A stretch of DNA of 64,000 nucleotides from an uncultured archaeon (GTDB lineage: Archaea; Asgardarchaeota; Lokiarchaeia; Sigyniarchaeales; SOKP01): the NCBI GenBank assembly GCA_964447495.1, contig CAYUTF010000001.1, forward strand, positions 1-64,000, read 5' to 3'. A program made the translations under genes and the position numbers. Position 1 is the stretch's first letter; each line of letters opens with the position of its first letter. Shown one piece after another: positions 58,823 to 64,000 of this stretch. Below the pieces are notes generated by a model, which did not search any database, was not told where the DNA came from, and was given only the letters and a program-made list of their open reading frames with translations.

Positions 58823-61800
58823 GTGATAATTGTGGATGGAAAAAACAACAAAGAAGAAGAAAATAACAATAACGATAATTATGAATCAGATTTAACAAAA
58901 GATGCTTTTTTCTCAGATATGGAAAATATAGAAGAGGAGATTGCTTCAGAAGCTTATAGTATTGTTGAACACGCGTTAACTCTGATCCAATCTGGTTATT
59001 TTGATGATGCCATAGAAGTATTACGACAGGCTATCGGTTTATATGAGCAAATTAAGAAAGAGGCGGAAATAAATGCTTTAAGAGCAAAAATAGCTGATGT
59101 ATATATAATGAAAGAGAGCTCATTTAAACAGGAAGAAAGTGAAAAAATTCTAGAATCGTCTATTGAAGTATTAGATGCAAGTTCTCCTAAAGAGATGATA
59201 AAGAAGGATATTAATATATCAAACTTATTAATGGAAGCAAGCAAATTAATAGATTCAAATCAATTTGATGATGCATTAGATATATACGATGAGATTATTC
59301 TTTTCCTTCAACAAATGAATCATGATTCCCAAATAGTGGATATTAATAATTTAATTGAAGAATGCTATAATAAAAAAGCTCAATTTTTGCGTCAAAAGAA
59401 TAAAATTGAAAGTATCGAGAAAATTATAGAACCTAGTAATATTGGAGGAGAGCTCTCAGAAGAAGCAATAAAAGCTCATAAACTTAAAGCGTATGAAGAA
59501 GCTAAACAGCGAGAAGAAAAGATATCCAATGAAGCTTATGATATAATCGGTAAGGCTTCAGATCTAGCAAAACTTCATCAATATGATGGCGCTATAAATT
59601 TATATAACAATGGAGCTTCATTGTTTGATGAAATCGGTTGGGTAAATGAGAGTAAAAAAATCCGTGATACGATCTTATTTTTACAGAATGAAAGAGAGAA
59701 ATATCTTCAAGAAATTGAAAGGATAAAAGCTCAGGAAAAAAAAAAAGAAATGCTCAAAAAACAAAAGGCAGCAAAATTAATAGACAGTCCAAGGGTTCAA
59801 GAAGATCAAATTATTGCGTCTCAAGCAGAAAGAATAGCCCAGATTGCAACGAAAAAACAAGAAGAGGAATTTTTTCAGAAGAAAATCTCTGAGATGATAG
59901 ATGAAGCTGAAAAGTTAGCACGTGATTATGACGTGAGTATGAAAAAAGCCATAAAAAAAGGAGAGCTCTTAGAAGAATGTATCTATCCAAGAGTCATTCA
60001 TATATATGAAGAAATTAGAGATAAAGTAAATGAAAAGGGTTGGAAAAATCAAGTAGCAATATATACTGATCAAATCAAAAAGTTTACAGATTTATTGGCT
60101 AAAGATTTAAAAATTCGACAAATTGAGGCAGAAAAAATACAAAAACAAAAAGAATATGAAGAATCACATAAAATTAAGGTTCCAGAGCTATTGGATACTC
60201 AACAAGTGAAACATACACAAGAGTTAAGAATGAATGAGCAAGAAGACATCGAATATAAAAATCAAATTGAATTTATGGCTAGTCGGGCTGAAAAACTAGC
60301 GCGCGATTATGATTCAAAATTTAAAAAAGCAATTAAAGAAGGAAATTTGACACTTGAATCTAAGTATCCAGATATCATCAATATTTATTCGCGAATCATA
60401 GAAATGGCTAAGCAAAAGGGTTGGAGTGAAGATGTTGCTATATATAATACTCAAATAAGGAAATATAAAGAATTGTATGAAAAAGAAAACAAAGTAAGGA
60501 AATTAGAGTTACAAAAATTGAAAGAGAAAAGAGCCTTCGAGGAATCTTATAAATTACAGATGAGAAAAGATAATGAAAGAGAAGATATTGATAAATTAAA
60601 AGAAATACAAGCGAAAACTGAGCAAGAAGATCTGGAAGTAGTATTAGAACAGGAAATCGACAAGATGGTTAATGCAGCTGAAAAAATGGCTCGTGAATAT
60701 GAAGTTGCTATAAAAAGGGGGAATTTTGATTTAGAATGTCCATATTCAAAAATAGTTGATATTTATAAAGAAATAAGACAAAAAGTATATGCTCGGGGTT
60801 GGCAAGGGGAAGCAGAATTATATGCTAACCAGATTAGAATATATCAAGAAAAAAATCATAATGATATCAAATTACGTAATTTAGAAGAAGAAAAGCGCAA
60901 TAAACAATTGTTATATAAGAAGGCTATGAAAGCGCCGCAAACTGATGAACCTTCAAAATATATTGAATTAAAGGCAGCAGAAGAAAAGGTTGACCAAACC
61001 GAATTGATCTTCAATCAAGCTATGGATATAATTAATAAAACTGAAAATGAAGTAAAAAGCTATGAATTAAGCCTTAAAAAAGAAATATTAAATATACATA
61101 GTCCATATGATAAAGCAATCAAAAATTATGAAGAAGCAAAAAAATTATTGCTTCAGATTGGATGGAAAGATGAAGCACTAAAACTAAATAATACAATTAG
61201 TTTATATCAGCAAAAAAAGGCGAGAGACGATAATCTAAGAGATATGGAATTAGAAAAGAAAAGGAAAGAAGCCTCTATAACAGAAAAACCTAAAGAATTT
61301 ATAAAAGAACCATTCTTTGAAGAAGAAGAAAAAAGAATTGAATTAGAAAAATTAAAAAAACAAAAATCAATAGAAGCAGATTTTATATTTGAATTGATTA
61401 ATCGCGCGGAAAAAATGGCTCAAGAGTATGATCTGAGAAAAAAAGAGGATTTACTAAATATAAAATCTCCTTATCATGAGATCATCAACACTTATAAAGT
61501 CGCAAAACAAAAGTTTGAAGAGATTGGATGGACTGAACAAGCATCTCAACTTATCAATACTATTGAACATTATAAGGAAAAGATGATTACAGATGAAAGA
61601 TTGAGAGCATTAGAGCAGGAAAGAATTAGAAAAGAAGAAGAAGACTTACATAAGATGAAAATTGAATCTAAACTTGCGAGAGACGCTGAAGCGGAGTTAC
61701 TAAAACAAAAAGTTAAAGCCCTTGAAATTAAAAAGAAGCAACAATTAGAATATGAAGGAAAAAAGGAACAAGCATTTAATTTTATGGATCTAGCTAAAAA

Positions 61801-62953
61801 GGAATTATCACAAAAAAATTTTGAAAAAGCGATTAACTTTTATAAAGAAAGTGAAAAAATTTTTACAGAAATTAATTGGCCAGAAGGTAGAAGAATGATA
61901 GGTGAATCAGTCAATATAATTAAGAAGAAGAAAGAGAAATACGAGCAAGAACAGAAATATCTAGTAGAACGAGAAGTAGAAAGAAAAAGAATTGAATCTG
62001 AAATAAAACAACAAATATCAAAAGCTCAAGATTTAAAAAAGATGCAAGAGGAACAAAGAAAGCAGGAATTTTTAGAATTACAAAAAGAGAAAGAAAAAGA
62101 AAGAGAGATTTCAGACCAAGCTTATAAATTATTAGGCGAGGGAACAAAATTAAAAGATAAAAAGAAGTTTGAAGCCGCATATGAGAAATATATTATGGGA
62201 AGGAATCTATTTGAAAAACTTGAGTGGCAGCATGAGGTAAGTCGAATTAATAATGATTTACTTTTCATACTTAAAAAAGAGATGAAGCAAACTGAAAAAA
62301 TCAAGGCAATGCAGGAAAAAAAAGTAGAAGAACAAAAAGAGTTAGAGGTATTATTGAAAGAGGCGGATATAAAACAGCAAGAGCTTGAAAAGGTTAGAAA
62401 AGAAGAAAAAAGAAAACAACGTGAAAAGATCATTCAGGAAGAGATGGAGGAAACAAATTTAATTATAAAAGATCTTAAGTATAACGAAGCTATTTTGAAA
62501 TTAAAACGAGTTATTAGGAAATTAGAAAAAATTGGAAATGAAAAATTAATTAAACAAATAAAAAGTAAGATAAAAATCTTGGAAAATGCCAGCCAAGTTC
62601 CCTTAATAACAATTGAAGATCTGGAGAAAAGTGAATACATTGAAAAGTATAAATTAGCCTTTAAAGCATTAGATAAGGCACAGCTTTCTTTATCAAAAAA
62701 TCTTTTTATGAGAGCTATTTCAGAGTTAAATGAAGCTATTTTCAACCTTGAAGAAACTAAACTTGGAGATAAATATATTCCACTCCTCAATGAAAAAATT
62801 GATGCTTATAAAAAAGAGCTCGGCATAGTAGAAAGTAGTAAACCTGAAGTAAAAGAAAAATTGCCTAAAACTGATACTGATGATTTGAGAGCGAGAATTG
62901 CTGCAAGAAGAGCAGAAAGAAGAAAAAAAATTAGGGATTTGATGGAGGAATAA
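58823..62953 (+). CDS. Large alpha-helical repeat/coiled-coil protein (1376 aa)
   Basis: Repeated A..LA..Y...Y......Y..A...F..IGW...A..I units separated by E/K-rich coiled coils. Confidence 0.8.
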   Translation: MIIVDGKNNKEEENNNNDNYESDLTKDAFFSDMENIEEEIASEAYSIVEHALTLIQSGYFDDAIEVLRQAIGLYEQIKKEAEINALRAKIADVYIMKESSFKQEESEKILESSIEVLDASSPKEMIKKDINISNLLMEASKLIDSNQFDDALDIYDEIILFLQQMNHDSQIVDINNLIEECYNKKAQFLRQKNKIESIEKIIEPSNIGGELSEEAIKAHKLKAYEEAKQREEKISNEAYDIIGKASDLAKLHQYDGAINLYNNGASLFDEIGWVNESKKIRDTILFLQNEREKYLQEIERIKAQEKKKEMLKKQKAAKLIDSPRVQEDQIIASQAERIAQIATKKQEEEFFQKKISEMIDEAEKLARDYDVSMKKAIKKGELLEECIYPRVIHIYEEIRDKVNEKGWKNQVAIYTDQIKKFTDLLAKDLKIRQIEAEKIQKQKEYEESHKIKVPELLDTQQVKHTQELRMNEQEDIEYKNQIEFMASRAEKLARDYDSKFKKAIKEGNLTLESKYPDIINIYSRIIEMAKQKGWSEDVAIYNTQIRKYKELYEKENKVRKLELQKLKEKRAFEESYKLQMRKDNEREDIDKLKEIQAKTEQEDLEVVLEQEIDKMVNAAEKMAREYEVAIKRGNFDLECPYSKIVDIYKEIRQKVYARGWQGEAELYANQIRIYQEKNHNDIKLRNLEEEKRNKQLLYKKAMKAPQTDEPSKYIELKAAEEKVDQTELIFNQAMDIINKTENEVKSYELSLKKEILNIHSPYDKAIKNYEEAKKLLLQIGWKDEALKLNNTISLYQQKKARDDNLRDMELEKKRKEASITEKPKEFIKEPFFEEEEKRIELEKLKKQKSIEADFIFELINRAEKMAQEYDLRKKEDLLNIKSPYHEIINTYKVAKQKFEEIGWTEQASQLINTIEHYKEKMITDERLRALEQERIRKEEEDLHKMKIESKLARDAEAELLKQKVKALEIKKKQQLEYEGKKEQAFNFMDLAKKELSQKNFEKAINFYKESEKIFTEINWPEGRRMIGESVNIIKKKKEKYEQEQKYLVEREVERKRIESEIKQQISKAQDLKKMQEEQRKQEFLELQKEKEKEREISDQAYKLLGEGTKLKDKKKFEAAYEKYIMGRNLFEKLEWQHEVSRINNDLLFILKKEMKQTEKIKAMQEKKVEEQKELEVLLKEADIKQQELEKVRKEEKRKQREKIIQEEMEETNLIIKDLKYNEAILKLKRVIRKLEKIGNEKLIKQIKSKIKILENASQVPLITIEDLEKSEYIEKYKLAFKALDKAQLSLSKNLFMRAISELNEAIFNLEETKLGDKYIPLLNEKIDAYKKELGIVESSKPEVKEKLPKTDTDDLRARIAARRAERRKKIRDLMEE

Positions 62954-63005
62954 AGGTTCTGCTGTTTAGCAAAAAAAAAGATTAAAAAATAAAAAAAATA
63001 GAAGG

Positions 63006-63224
63006 TTATATTAATTCTTCAATCTCAGTTGAAATTTCGGATTCAATTATACTTGGATTTAAATTCCTTTTAACTGATTCTTCAATTAAATATTCTGTTT
63101 TTATGAGATCTCTTATTCCTACTCTTATAGCTTCACTTCTGTTTGGAAATTTCCCTTCTGCAACCAAAATTTCTAAAACTTTTAAATAGGATTCAGGTAA
63201 ATTAACTGAAATAAGTTTCATCAT
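63006..63224 (-). CDS. Ribbon-helix-helix regulator, CdrS-like
   Basis: MKLISVNLPE..L..LE.LV.EGKFPNRSEAIR.GIRDL matches the FPNRSEAIR motif of archaeal CdrS-type RHH proteins. Confidence 0.8.
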   Translation of the reverse strand: MMKLISVNLPESYLKVLEILVAEGKFPNRSEAIRVGIRDLIKTEYLIEESVKRNLNPSIIESEISTEIEELI

Positions 63225-63542
63225 ACAAAGCTCCAAATATTTTATAATCATATTATGAAGGTATATATTAACATATAACAGAGGTGATATTTAAAGATTT
63301 CAATGGAAAATGACCCCAAGTATTACGACAAAAGTGATGAAAGAATCTATTTTAAATATATACAAGATTTTGTCAAAGATTTTCTAATTTCAGTTAAAAT
63401 TCAATTAAAGAAATTAGCCTACTTCCCTTTTTTACTTCTTTTTTCTAAAAAAATATAGAAAAATATTTATATATGGTATTATATGTAACACATAATATAT
63501 AATATAATATGTAAAATTTACAAAGTTGGAGAATGATATAGT

Positions 63543-63866
63543 ATGGCTAACATTGAAGCTCAACTAAAGGAACATTTAAAAAGTGGAAAAGATTGGGAAA
63601 AGATGGAGACCCCTGTGGCAGGAGTTTCGGTTGTAAAAGTTCCTGCGACTAAAACAAGACCCGCATTACTATTCTTAGAAGTAAATCCTTTAAAAGATGA
63701 TGGAAAACCTATGAAACGTAAGGGATTATTTGTTGGATCTAAGGAAATGCTTGTAAAGTTCGGAGAAGCATTAAATGACGATAAGGTTTTTCAATTGATC
63801 GGAGAACTTGAAAAAGTGAATCCAAAAGGTTCTATGAATGGAAGTGCGAAAAAGTTAGAAATGTAA
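63543..63866 (+). CDS. Hypothetical protein (107 aa)
   Basis: ORF with a GGAG SD and typical codon composition. Confidence 0.7.
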   Translation: MANIEAQLKEHLKSGKDWEKMETPVAGVSVVKVPATKTRPALLFLEVNPLKDDGKPMKRKGLFVGSKEMLVKFGEALNDDKVFQLIGELEKVNPKGSMNGSAKKLEM

Positions 63867-64000
63867 TGATTTTTATTATTAATTCTTTTTTTATTCTCTT
63901 ATGTAAGAGTTTTATTTAACTTTCTAAGTAAATTTAAATTTATAGACAATTATTTTTAATTATACTATTTATTATCTTATTGATTAAGAAAATATATTTT

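Noticed and set aside
3251-62790. Many 60-150-aa antisense or alternate-frame ORFs in the track (e.g. 3251-3535, 8136-8684, 15025-15468, 30588-30836, 35214-40916 set, 61920-62790)
   Set aside because: They overlap well-supported genes and are explained by the codon bias of the real strand.
1-64000. CRISPR array, rRNA, transposase, integrase/provirus, or selenocysteine readthrough
   Set aside because: I saw no regularly spaced repeats, rRNA motifs, recombinase motifs or duplicated tRNA 3' end. The TGA-terminated ORFs I checked show no sign of a selenoprotein continuing past the stop.

Overview
AT-rich archaeal chromosomal window, most consistent with Lokiarchaeia (Asgard archaea). Evidence: a Rab-like GTPase, proteasome alpha subunit, PolB1, PolB2, tetraether synthase Tes, a Loki-type expanded protein family and a tRNA with a BHB intron. 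About 48 protein-coding genes and one tRNA-Thr(UGU) with a non-canonical 59/60 intron are supported. I saw no rRNA, CRISPR array, transposase or integrase. Main leads: (1) an unannotated ~360-nt, extensively nested, multi-branched structured element (42208-42570) just downstream of polB2 that matches no RNA class I recognise; (2) a small putative defence/R-loop locus (658-4160) with a Whirly-like ssDNA-binding protein and an RNase HIII-Schlafen fusion, divergent from an HTH-YwgA/Panacea-like-MazF trio; (3) a SAM-methyltransferase fused to a CorA-like 2-TM domain; (4) a heliorhodopsin paired with an ATP10-like protein, convergent on pncB and a SIR2-TPR protein; (5) a ~2550-aa almost entirely transmembrane protein; (6) an interrupted RadA-like/small protein/PolB2 mutagenesis-type cassette; (7) a probable ATT start codon for pncB and a missed 45-aa zinc-finger microprotein. 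All family calls come from recognising motifs by eye; no database searches were run.
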